Origin: an uncultured candidate division Zixibacteria bacterium
GTDB lineage: Bacteria > Zixibacteria > MSB-5A5 > RBG-16-43-9
Reading direction: 5' to 3'
Assembly: GCA_963713865.1 (NCBI GenBank)
Contig: OY970208.1
Location: 704,001 to 768,000, forward strand
Length of the DNA: 64,000 bases
Shown: piece after piece, positions 50,378-60,278 of the stretch
Layout: every line of letters begins with the position of its first letter
How positions within the stretch are numbered: the stretch's first letter is position 1
Made by a program: the position numbers and the translations under genes
The notes under the pieces: model-generated
Seen by the model: only the letters and a program-made list of their open reading frames with translations
Databases searched by the model: none
Told to the model about the DNA's origin: nothing

Positions 50378-50815
50378 ATGTCCATCAGTAGCAATGCCAA
50401 AGAGATACTCACTCAATTTACCCGCGAGGTATGGAGCGAAGGCAATATCGAAGCCTCAGATAAATATATCGCACCAAAATACACAATTCATCACGATCCT
50501 GGCGATCCATGGGAAGGTCGGGAACTTGATCTCGCAGGATACAAGGAGCGCGTCAAAACATTGCGTGCGGCGTTTCCCGATCAGTTCTTCGATATACAGG
50601 GACTTTTTGCCGACGGTGACGCTGTTGTGATGACTTGGCTCTGGTCAGCCACGCACAAGGGGGACATTCCTGGATTTCCCGCCACAGGCAAACAAATCAA
50701 GATGTTTGGAGCTACGGTTTACTATTTCGATGGTAGCCGACTTACTGGGCATTGGCAGATCACTGATCGTCTTGGCGTGTATCAGCAGTTACAGCGGGCG
50801 TCTACTGGTGTCTGA
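50378..50815 (+). CDS. SnoaL-like ester cyclase / NTF2-fold protein (integron gene cassette)
   Basis: AFPD...GDAV...ATHKG...PATGK motifs; higher GC than its surroundings; bounded by GTTGGGC and GCCCAAC. Confidence 0.9.
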   Translation: MSISSNAKEILTQFTREVWSEGNIEASDKYIAPKYTIHHDPGDPWEGRELDLAGYKERVKTLRAAFPDQFFDIQGLFADGDAVVMTWLWSATHKGDIPGFPATGKQIKMFGATVYYFDGSRLTGHWQITDRLGVYQQLQRASTGV

Positions 50816-50823
50816 CGAATGCC

Positions 50824-50890
50824 GCCCAACCAATCATTCCACCGGACCTGCGCGAAAGACCGCGCAGACCGGTGAATTCAAATGTTATAA
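50824..50890 (+). mobile_element. Integron attC site
   Basis: GCCCAAC...GTTATAA; arms ATTCCACCGG/CCGGTGAAT with an unpaired base; central GCGCG hairpin. Confidence 0.88.
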
Positions 50891-51574
50891 GTTAATGAAC
50901 AAAATGTACAAACCCGCTAAAAAAATCAGAACTCCACTGATTTTCTTAGTGAGGCTGGAGAAGTTACTTACCCCTTTAGACTTGGCGTAGCTTTCCACAA
51001 ATCCCGTTGATACCCCAGCTAAAACTATCAAAGCACAATGTCCTATGGCATATACAAAAAGAAGTGAAATTCCATAGACTATCCTGGCTTTTGTAGCGAC
51101 GAAAGCTAAGATAACTGCTAAAACCGGTGTGGCACAGGGAGAAGAGACTACCCCGAAAAGAAGTCCTAAGAGAAACGCACCCAAGACCCCTTTATGTTTA
51201 GTTTTCAATTCCACAGTTTTGGGAAACGGAATTTTAATCAGGCCTAAAAGATATAAGCCCATAATCAAAGCCACCCCCGCGGCTAAATAAAACCATAACT
51301 TCCCTACATCTCCGAAAAGCTTTCCCAAAAGGGAAGCCATAGCACCTAAAATGGTAAAAGTGATAGATAACCCTAAGGCGAAAACCAAAGAATAAAGCAG
51401 GGCTTTCTTTTTATCCCCCTGAGAATAACCTCCCACAAATCCAATCACCAGAGGGATAATTGCCAGAACACAAGGGCTGGAAGCTGATAAGATACCACCT
51501 AAAAAGATTAAGATATAAGCTAAGCCCGGAGTGTTATTTATTACACTGGATATGTTCCCCAAAATGGATTCCAC
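50885..51574 (-). CDS. ccdA: CcdA/DsbD-beta family membrane electron transporter
   Basis: SSPCVL and SSPCATP cysteine motifs; about six TM segments. Confidence 0.9.
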   Translation of the reverse strand: MESILGNISSVINNTPGLAYILIFLGGILSASSPCVLAIIPLVIGFVGGYSQGDKKKALLYSLVFALGLSITFTILGAMASLLGKLFGDVGKLWFYLAAGVALIMGLYLLGLIKIPFPKTVELKTKHKGVLGAFLLGLLFGVVSSPCATPVLAVILAFVATKARIVYGISLLFVYAIGHCALIVLAGVSTGFVESYAKSKGVSNFSSLTKKISGVLIFLAGLYILFINL

Positions 51575-52011
51575 TATTTGACTCCGATCTCCAAAAACTT
51601 TTGTGTGATGGAAGTTTTATCCATAAACCCCTCATGTCTGTAAACTTCTTTTCCAGAAACATCGAAAAATATCTGTGTAGGGATTAACCTTATTTTATAA
51701 AACCTGGCTGGCTCCGGGTCATATCTGATATCTATAATTTTGATTATTGCTCTCCCTTTATACTCATCTTTTAATTCTTCCAATATAGGCAGCATCATCT
51801 TACAGGCTTTACAGGTGCCCCTGCCCAAATCGATTAAGATTGGTAAATTTTTGGCTATTACGCCTGAACTATCATTAGTCGTAGAAATTTTCTCAGAAGA
51901 AGAAGTCTCCCCCTCCTTAAAAGATGCTTTATCTCTTCCTTGAAAGATAATCCAGCCTGCGATTATAAAAACGACTGCCAAGCTAATCACCAATTTCAGT
52001 AATTTATTCAT
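51574..52011 (-). CDS. Membrane-anchored thioredoxin-family protein
   Basis: N-terminal TM; CKAC active site; IPTQ cis-Pro loop. Confidence 0.88.
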   Translation of the reverse strand: MNKLLKLVISLAVVFIIAGWIIFQGRDKASFKEGETSSSEKISTTNDSSGVIAKNLPILIDLGRGTCKACKMMLPILEELKDEYKGRAIIKIIDIRYDPEPARFYKIRLIPTQIFFDVSGKEVYRHEGFMDKTSITQKFLEIGVK

Positions 52012-52034
52012 AATAAGCTCTTCTCATATCAGTT

Positions 52035-52274
52035 TTACTCTTCTTTAATCAACCATTCTTTAATTTCTGCCAATCCTGGCACCCTGCCAGAACACAGGAC
52101 CTTCCCGTTTATAACTAAAGCAGGTGTCATTAAGATTCCGTACTGCATAATCGATTTAATATCTTTGATTTTAGACACCTCTGCTTCTTTACCTATCTCT
52201 TTTAAAGTCCTCTGCACGATCTCGTAAATCTTCTCACATTTTACACACCCCGGACCTAAGACCTCGATTTTCAT
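52035..52274 (-). CDS. Small redox-active disulfide protein (thioredoxin fold)
   Basis: IEVLGPGCVKC...TPALVING. Confidence 0.9.
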   Translation of the reverse strand: MKIEVLGPGCVKCEKIYEIVQRTLKEIGKEAEVSKIKDIKSIMQYGILMTPALVINGKVLCSGRVPGLAEIKEWLIKEE

Positions 52275-52304
52275 ATCTTATCCTCCTTTTAAATCAAGAT
52301 AATA

Positions 52305-52841
52305 TTATTTTGTAGTTTTTTTGACCTCTTCATCTTTCTTAAGGGCAATAAAATCATTAAGCTCTTTTTGGAAATTAGGAAGAAATTTTTCTTCTTCTTC
52401 ACAAAATTCCCAGACCGATTCGATCTCTTTAAATTCCTCTTTCCCTTTGAATAACTTCTTAAAGCCTAAAGCAGACCAGAAGATTTTATATTTTTTGGCG
52501 GTTGAAGAATCTTCATCTATATTGCATTCCTTGAAGATTATTCTTCGATCTTTGTATGGTTTTGAATAAAATTTCTCTAATCCCTTTTTGGAAAAATTGC
52601 CCACATTTATACAACAGGAACACCGAGCAGTGGGATGAAAATGAATAACCAGTAAACTGTCAAATCCCAGAATTAAAGTAGAATCTGCAACTTCTTTTCT
52701 TGTAGCATCGATCTTCTTTTGAGGAAAATTTGCCGATTTCTCTTTTTGTCCATAACTAACCGACCCTATTAACAAAAAAAGCAGAACTACAATTGAATGT
52801 AATTTGAAATTTCCTCTAAACATTTTAAAATAACGCTCCAA
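52305..52841 (-). CDS. ArsF-like exported thioredoxin-fold protein
   Basis: Signal-like N-terminus; HFHPTARCSCC motif; position inside the ars cluster. Confidence 0.65.
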   Translation of the reverse strand: MERYFKMFRGNFKLHSIVVLLFLLIGSVSYGQKEKSANFPQKKIDATRKEVADSTLILGFDSLLVIHFHPTARCSCCINVGNFSKKGLEKFYSKPYKDRRIIFKECNIDEDSSTAKKYKIFWSALGFKKLFKGKEEFKEIESVWEFCEEEEKFLPNFQKELNDFIALKKDEEVKKTTK

Positions 52842-53859
52842 AGACCATCCCGGTTATAGTTGCCATTATCATTACTAAGATAATGTAAGCCCCTGTTTTC
52901 CTCCACCCCATAATCCCGATTAGCACGATCATACTGGGAAGGCTCAAAGCCGGTCCGGCTAAAAGCAATGCCAGAGCGGGACCCCTGCCCATTCCTAAAT
53001 CCAGCAAAGCTTTTATGATGGGCACTTCGGTTAGAGTTGAAAAATACATAAAGGCACCGAAGATAGAAGCTATGAAATTCGCTCTTAATCCATTTCCGCC
53101 AACCAATTGTTCTACTATCTGTTGAGGAAGTAATATCTTCATCATCCCGGCAACGAAAACCCCGATTAGTAATATGGGAAAAATCTTTTTCCCTAAATCC
53201 CAAGTTTGAAAAAGCCAGTCTTTAAGCTCATCTTTTTTGAACCAGCGATAGAGGATTAAAAGTAAAGCGAGCAAAAGGATTCCAGTTACCAGCCATTTTT
53301 TTGATGCACCGAATACTAAAATTCCTACCAAGACAGCAAAATATAGAATCGTTATTCCCTCGTGTTTAGGTTTCTCGCTTTGAGGCAGAATCAATTCAGA
53401 AGCATTTTTTTCTTTTTCCAGTTCCTCTTTTCTCCAGATAAAAGCCATAATCAACCCGATTATGATTGAAAAAGATATAGCTCCCACTGCTCTGGCAAGT
53501 CCCAGATCAAATCCCAAAAGCCTGGCAGTATAGACAATGGCTAAAACATTAATAGCTGGACCGGAATATAGAAAAGCAATGGCCGGACCCAAGCCCGCAC
53601 CTCTTTTATGTATTCCAGCAAAAAGAGGTAAGATAGTGCAGGAACAGACCGCTAAGATTGCACCGGAAACTGAAGCGACACTATAGGCTAAAACCTTATT
53701 CGCCTGAGCACCGAAATATTTCATCACCGAAGCCTGGGAGACAAAGACTGCAATCGCGCCAGCGATGAAAAATGCCGGAACCAGACAGGTTAGAACGTGG
53801 GCGGAAAGATATTCCAAAAGTGCATTCCAACCGCCTGAAAGTATCTGGGTGAAATTCAT
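52825..53859 (-). CDS. ArsP/DUF318 family permease
   Basis: HVLTCLVPAF, AVCSCTILP, GPAIN, FSTLTEVP. Confidence 0.88.
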   Translation of the reverse strand: MNFTQILSGGWNALLEYLSAHVLTCLVPAFFIAGAIAVFVSQASVMKYFGAQANKVLAYSVASVSGAILAVCSCTILPLFAGIHKRGAGLGPAIAFLYSGPAINVLAIVYTARLLGFDLGLARAVGAISFSIIIGLIMAFIWRKEELEKEKNASELILPQSEKPKHEGITILYFAVLVGILVFGASKKWLVTGILLLALLLILYRWFKKDELKDWLFQTWDLGKKIFPILLIGVFVAGMMKILLPQQIVEQLVGGNGLRANFIASIFGAFMYFSTLTEVPIIKALLDLGMGRGPALALLLAGPALSLPSMIVLIGIMGWRKTGAYIILVMIMATITGMVFGALF

Positions 53860-53873
53860 AGATGTCTTTTTTT

Positions 53874-54260
53874 CTACTTTCTCAAAAACTCTTTTATTTT
53901 CTTCTCTATCTTGTCCCTTACTTCTTTAAACTTTTCTTTTGGCTTTTCTTTAGGGTCTTCGATCTCCCATTCAATCCTCTGTTTAGCCGGCACAAAAGGA
54001 CAAACATCACCACAACCCATAGTGACCATATAGTCAAAGTTAGTATAGGGCAAGTCCTTAAATCCTTTGGATTTTTGTTCAGAAATATCAATCCCTTTTT
54101 CTTTCATCACCTCAATCGCCAACTCATTGACTTTTCCGGAAGGATTTGAGCCGGCACTGAAGACCTCTATTTTATCCCTGCCATAGAATTTAGCAAACCC
54201 CTCTGCCATCTGGCTCCTGCAGGAGTTCTCAATGCAGACAAACAAAATCCTCGGCTTCAT
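53874..54260 (-). CDS. arsC: Arsenate reductase (LMW-PTPase fold, thioredoxin-coupled)
   Basis: CIENSCRSQMAE P-loop, MGCGDVCP, EDP. Confidence 0.88.
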   Translation of the reverse strand: MKPRILFVCIENSCRSQMAEGFAKFYGRDKIEVFSAGSNPSGKVNELAIEVMKEKGIDISEQKSKGFKDLPYTNFDYMVTMGCGDVCPFVPAKQRIEWEIEDPKEKPKEKFKEVRDKIEKKIKEFLRK

Positions 54261-54269
54261 CTGTTACCT

Positions 54270-55319
<1,050 letters not shown>

Positions 55320-55349
55320 AAAGGAGATACTCCTGTTTTTTGATTGGAT

Positions 55350-55697
55350 TTATTTACATTTGTAGGCATATGCCTGAGAGAGTTTTTTCTTCAGTCTTTC
55401 TTCATCCTGTTTAACTGATTCACTATCAGGAAGAGCATTTTTAATAGTCTGAACTACGGACTTCTCAAAATCGTTCTGGGGCTTGAATAGAGAGTAAAAA
55501 ATCCATAAACCCTCTCTTCGGTCTTCTACTAAACCGGTTGAGCGAAGGATGGTTAGATGTCTGGAGACTTTGGACTGGGATAAATCTAAAGCAGCTTCCA
55601 GTTCGCACACGCACAGCTCCCTTTTCAAAAGAAGCTTCAAAATCCTCAGGCGGGTCTCGTCCCCTAAGGCTTTTAACATCTTAATTTGTATTTGCAT
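55350..55697 (-). CDS. arsR: ArsR/SmtB family repressor
   Basis: KALGDETRLRI, ELCVCEL, SRHL. Confidence 0.92.
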   Translation of the reverse strand: MQIQIKMLKALGDETRLRILKLLLKRELCVCELEAALDLSQSKVSRHLTILRSTGLVEDRREGLWIFYSLFKPQNDFEKSVVQTIKNALPDSESVKQDEERLKKKLSQAYAYKCK

Positions 55698-55710
55698 AGA
55701 ACTCCAGAAT

Positions 55711-55740
55711 TATATTCATATATTCGAATATACGGATATA
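55711..55740. promoter_or_regulatory. Probable ArsR operator
   Basis: Imperfect 30-bp palindrome TATATTCATATATTCGAATATACGGATATA adjoining a TTGACA-16-TATATT promoter on the - strand. Confidence 0.7.
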
Positions 55741-55888
55741 ATATAGCTTTATTTATGTTTTTGTCAATAAAAAAACGAAAGTGTCGGACGCTGTCCCGTC
55801 CCTATAAAAGAATATTTCTGGAATTTTTTCATTTCCCTTCCCGTAAAATTTATTGTATCTTAAACAAAACTTTAAACCAGGAGCTGTT

Positions 55889-57732
55889 ATGAGAAAAAAG
55901 ATGACCTTACACTTGGTAACCATACTCCTTCTTCTTTTGACAAACTTGAGCTGGGGCATAACCGGGGAGGAGATACTTTCTAAGCATCTCTTAGCTTTAG
56001 GTGGAAAGGATAACCTCTTAAAAATCAAAACAACCTGTATAAAAGGAAAGGTCAATTATGGTGGACTGCAGGGTGAGTTCACTTCCTATTCTCAATTTCC
56101 TGATCTTTCCCGTCAGGATATTGATTTCAAAATGTTTCAGATGAGCACAGGTACAGATGGAAAGACCTACTGGTCAAAAGACCAGAACGGAAAGATAAAG
56201 CAGCTTGAGAAAATCGAGAGGTTTTATGCCTGGAGCGAAACCTATTTTTCAAATTACCTTTATTTCTTCCCGGAGCAATATAAAAGGGAGCTAAATTACT
56301 TAGGAGAAGAGAAGGATAGTTCAAATCAGTACTACATCATGGAGATAAAGCCAGAAGACGGTAATCCACGCAAACTTTTCATAAATAAAGACACATATCT
56401 CTTAGATAAATACCAGCAGAAGATGGATATAGATATCACCACCTCTTATCTAACCGACTATCGCGAGATCGAGGGGATAAAAATACCCTTTCATACCCGG
56501 GTGACCACTGGAAAACCCCAGTATGATGTTGAGATTGAAATAACTGATCTAAAATTCAATTCGGAAGTTGATCCCTCGATTTTCCAGATGCCTCAGGAGA
56601 AGGTTGAAGATTATTCCTTCTCCACTCCGGATAAAAAAACCACTATCCCTTTTGAACTGACTAACAATCATATCTATGTCAATGTTTTAGTCAACGGGAA
56701 AGACTCAGCTTATTTTGTCCTGGATACTGGCGCAGGCGCTCTTGTATCGATTTAACCTTCGCCAAAAATATCGGTTTAGAAGCAGTCGGTAAATTCGAAG
56801 CCAAGGGGGTAGGAGGTTCGGAAGATGCTGGTTTTCTGGAAATCCAATCATTGGAATTAGAGGGTTTGAAAATGTCCAAGCAGAAACTGGTCAGTCTTAA
56901 TATTAGTCCTATGGAAATATATGAAGGCAGGGAGATGAACGGGATTTTGGGTTATGATTTCCTGAGCCGGTTTGTCTTTGAGATAGACTATCAGAATAAT
57001 AAAATCACCTTCTATGATCCGAAAATATTCAATTATAACGGGAGAGGTGAGACTTTAGAGTTAGATCTATATGGAAATACTCCTCATATCAAAGGGATTA
57101 TAGATGGAAAATATGAAGGGTTATTCACCCTGGATACCGGCTCAAGGAAGAGCTTAGACCTTAATGCCCCTTTTGTTCAGGAATATGAATTTTTGAAAAA
57201 ATATCCAAAAGCTATCGAGGCTTTCGCCGGTGCAGGAATCGGAGGACAGACCAAATCTCTTCAAACCAGGATAAAATCGATACAAATAGGGAACTTCCTG
57301 ATAAAGGAGCCAATCACTGGTCTGAGCTTGGCAGAAGAGGGTGCCTTTAAAAGCGAAAAAACCCAGGGGAATATCGGCGGTGGAATTTTAAAAAGGTTCA
57401 AAGTTATATTCGATTACGAGCATAAAAAGGTGATCCTGGAGAAGAACGATTTGCTTGAGCAGAAGGATGAGTTAGATAAAAGCGGTATGATGGTTATCTG
57501 GAAGGATGGGAAATTCATAATCAATCAGATATACAAAGGGACACCGGCTGAAAAAGCCAAAATTGAAATAGGGGAAGAGATAATCTCCGTAAACGACGAG
57601 CCGGTTTACAAATACAGTTTAAGCCAGCTGAGGGACCTGTTTTTAAGCAAAGATGGGACTAAGATAAAATTACAGCTTAAGAAAGACGATAAGTTAAAAG
57701 AAGTTTCCTTTAAGCTCAAGAGCTTGATTTAA
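55889..57732 (+). pseudogene. Secreted retropepsin-like aspartyl protease (2 x DTG) with PDZ domain, split by a 1-nt frameshift near 56740
   Basis: FVLDTGAG and FTLDTGS motifs, GILGYDFL, C-terminal PDZ. Adding one base to GCTCTTGT restores A-S-C-IDLTFAKNIGL and joins the two ORFs. Confidence 0.85.
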
Positions 57733-57734
57733 TG

Positions 57735-57796
57735 GTAGGGGCACGTTGCAACGTGCCCCTACAGAAAAGTAGAGACGCTTAGCAATGCGTCTCTAC
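57735..57796. repeat. Two GTAG...CTAC REP-like palindromes
   Basis: GTAGGGGCACGTTGCAACGTGCCCCTAC and GTAGAGACGC...GCGTCTCTAC; related copies near 22659, 37449 and 60239. Confidence 0.85.
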
Positions 57797-57799
57797 TTT

Positions 57800-59509
57800 T
57801 TATATATTCTCTTTAAACAGAAACCTTTTTATCTTCCTTGTCGAGGTCTTCTCAAACTCCTCTTTTCTAATCTGGAAATGCTTCACCCGTTTATAATCTG
57901 CAATTCCCTCACAGCATCTGGTTATCTCATCTTTAAACAAAAGTCTCATCTTCTCCTCATCCCGGATTTGGTCTCCTGAGATTTGCTGGAGATACTCATA
58001 ATTCGGAACTATTATTGCCTCTACCTCTTCCACTCCTTCAGAAACTTTTTTCCCTAAGATTAAAGCCTCTAAGATAAAAGGTGACTGCAGGAGCTGGTTT
58101 TCTATCTCTTCCGGATAAATATTCTTCCCGGCGCTTGAAACGATAACGTTCTTTTTTCTGCCAGCTATATAATAATACCCTTCCCTATCTTTCCAGCCTA
58201 AATCGCCAGTGCAAAGCCAGCCATTTTTTAAGATTTTATCTGTCTCTTCTTGATTATTATAATAACCTTTCATAACCATATCCCCTTTAGCTAAGATTTC
58301 ACCTACTCCATCCTTATTCGGTTCTAAAATCTTAAGCTCTGCACCGGGGATGGATTTGCCCACAGATGAATACTTAGGTTTAGAATAAGGACTCAAAGTC
58401 AGAACCGGTGAAGATTCGGTTAAGCCATAGCCCTGGAGAAACTTGATACCTAAAAGGTCGAAACATTCCGGGATTACAGCAGGAAGAGGAGCCGCTCCGC
58501 AGACTAAAATCCTTAAACTGGAGAGCCCGGCTTTTTCCCTTAATCCTTTGAAAACAATTTTACCAAAATTTATTCCAGTGATTTTTTTGAAGACTTTTAC
58601 AAAATTAAAGCTGAGTTTAAAAGAAGCACGAGCTAAAATAGATTTTTTCTGGATATTTTTTCTTAAACCGGTGAAAAGCTTCTCATATAGAAGTGGAACT
58701 CCAATTAAAAGAGTAGCTCCAGCATTCTTTATATCCTCTAAAATTTCCTTGGACTTCAAACTCCGTGCATAGGTAACCCTTGACCCGCCGGAAAGCGGGA
58801 TGAGCAGTCCCGCAGTACATTCCAGGGTATGATGCAGAGGAAGAACCGAGAGGAAATTATCCTCGGGAAAAAGCTCTAAAGCTTCTTTTGTCCCCCAAAC
58901 ATCAGAAAGAATATTCTTATGAGTGAGCATCACTCCTTTTGATTTTCCGGTCGTGCCTGAGGTATAAATTATAACTGCAACATCATCGGGGAGAACTTCG
59001 GGCAGCTCGGATTTATTTTCATCACCTTTGGCCAAAACTTCTGCAAAAGAAAATATCCCTTTCTCTTTCTTCTTGTCCATACATATAAGAAACTCAAAGT
59101 CAGGTATATTTCTTGAGGTTTTAAATATATCCGTAATAAATTTCCCTGAGGTAACCAGCCCTTTCATTCCAGAATCTTTGATCAGAATTTCTAATTCCGA
59201 ACATTTCAATAATGGATCCAAAGGCACAACTGTTCCGCCTGAATTTAGAATTCCCAGATAGGCAATCCCCCATTCAGGACGATTCTCAGAAAGGAGTCCT
59301 ACCTTATCACCCTTATTTATACCTAAGGAGTTTAAACCTCTGGCAAAAACATTTACCTTACTTTCAAGTTCTGCATAAGTACAGGAGTAAAATTTCCCAT
59401 CTTTCCAGGCAGATAAAGCTATGGAATTTGAAAAAAGTCCAGCACTCCTTTTAAGCATCTGGGGAATAGTCAAATCTTTTAGCTCTTTTTTATTCCAGTT
59501 GCTACTCAT
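57800..59509 (-). CDS. Long-chain fatty acid--CoA ligase (AMP-binding)
   Basis: YTSGTTGKSKG, QGYGLTE, TGDLG; start moved to ATG 59509. Confidence 0.92.
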   Translation of the reverse strand: MSSNWNKKELKDLTIPQMLKRSAGLFSNSIALSAWKDGKFYSCTYAELESKVNVFARGLNSLGINKGDKVGLLSENRPEWGIAYLGILNSGGTVVPLDPLLKCSELEILIKDSGMKGLVTSGKFITDIFKTSRNIPDFEFLICMDKKKEKGIFSFAEVLAKGDENKSELPEVLPDDVAVIIYTSGTTGKSKGVMLTHKNILSDVWGTKEALELFPEDNFLSVLPLHHTLECTAGLLIPLSGGSRVTYARSLKSKEILEDIKNAGATLLIGVPLLYEKLFTGLRKNIQKKSILARASFKLSFNFVKVFKKITGINFGKIVFKGLREKAGLSSLRILVCGAAPLPAVIPECFDLLGIKFLQGYGLTESSPVLTLSPYSKPKYSSVGKSIPGAELKILEPNKDGVGEILAKGDMVMKGYYNNQEETDKILKNGWLCTGDLGWKDREGYYYIAGRKKNVIVSSAGKNIYPEEIENQLLQSPFILEALILGKKVSEGVEEVEAIIVPNYEYLQQISGDQIRDEEKMRLLFKDEITRCCEGIADYKRVKHFQIRKEEFEKTSTRKIKRFLFKENI

Positions 59510-59617
59510 ATCTTCATAACTTTTAAAATACCTGACCCACGTTGAGGGCAACGTGGGTATACTGTTACTTATAGGTATCCCCACCTTACCCACAAGGCAG
59601 GTCATGCTTCAATAGTA

Positions 59618-60145
59618 TCAATCGATTAAAATCAAAGAACAAAACTTACACCCTTCTTCATAAGATTTAACAACTTTCAATTCATAACCTGTATTTGCCA
59701 GAGTCTGATAAACATCAATCCCGCAAGCCTCCATTGAGGGGCGGGCAAGATCCTCAAATTTGCAGGGGTAGGAAAGGTTACACACTTTGCACAGATTACA
59801 GGGACCGCAAGCCATCCCAAAAGCTTTATAATGACCATCTAAAAATATTTCCCTTTCTATTTTCGCAACATCCCTTCTGAGTTTCTTTCTCAAGTTTCTC
59901 TCATTTCTTTCAGGGTGAATATCATAAATCATAATCAGAGCTTGAGAATAATCTTTGAGCATCCTATTAGTTTGTTCTGGAGTTGGTGAATAAGGCGGGC
60001 AGGTCAAGCAAGTTCCATACCGGTTACAGCCGTATTGACATTTCAATCTCACCAACTCCGCAGTAACCACATTTTCAGGGTTCATAATTTTTACCCAGGC
60101 TGCCCCTGATTTTTTTGCCAGGTCAAGATATTTTTTGTATTTCAT
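59618..60145 (-). CDS. DUF2284 Cys-rich metal-binding protein
   Basis: KCQYGC..YG...TCPP, GPCNLCKVC, RPSMEACGIDV. Confidence 0.88.
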   Translation of the reverse strand: MKYKKYLDLAKKSGAAWVKIMNPENVVTAELVRLKCQYGCNRYGTCLTCPPYSPTPEQTNRMLKDYSQALIMIYDIHPERNERNLRKKLRRDVAKIEREIFLDGHYKAFGMACGPCNLCKVCNLSYPCKFEDLARPSMEACGIDVYQTLANTGYELKVVKSYEEGCKFCSLILID

Positions 60146-60278
60146 AAGATTGAACCCAGGTTGAGAGCAACCTGGGTTTACCATTTTAGAATGACGGATT
60201 CATTTCTGTTTGACACATCGAATCCTTCATATCTATTTGTAGGGGCGGGGTCACCCCGCCCCTACAGTATGAAAGAGC

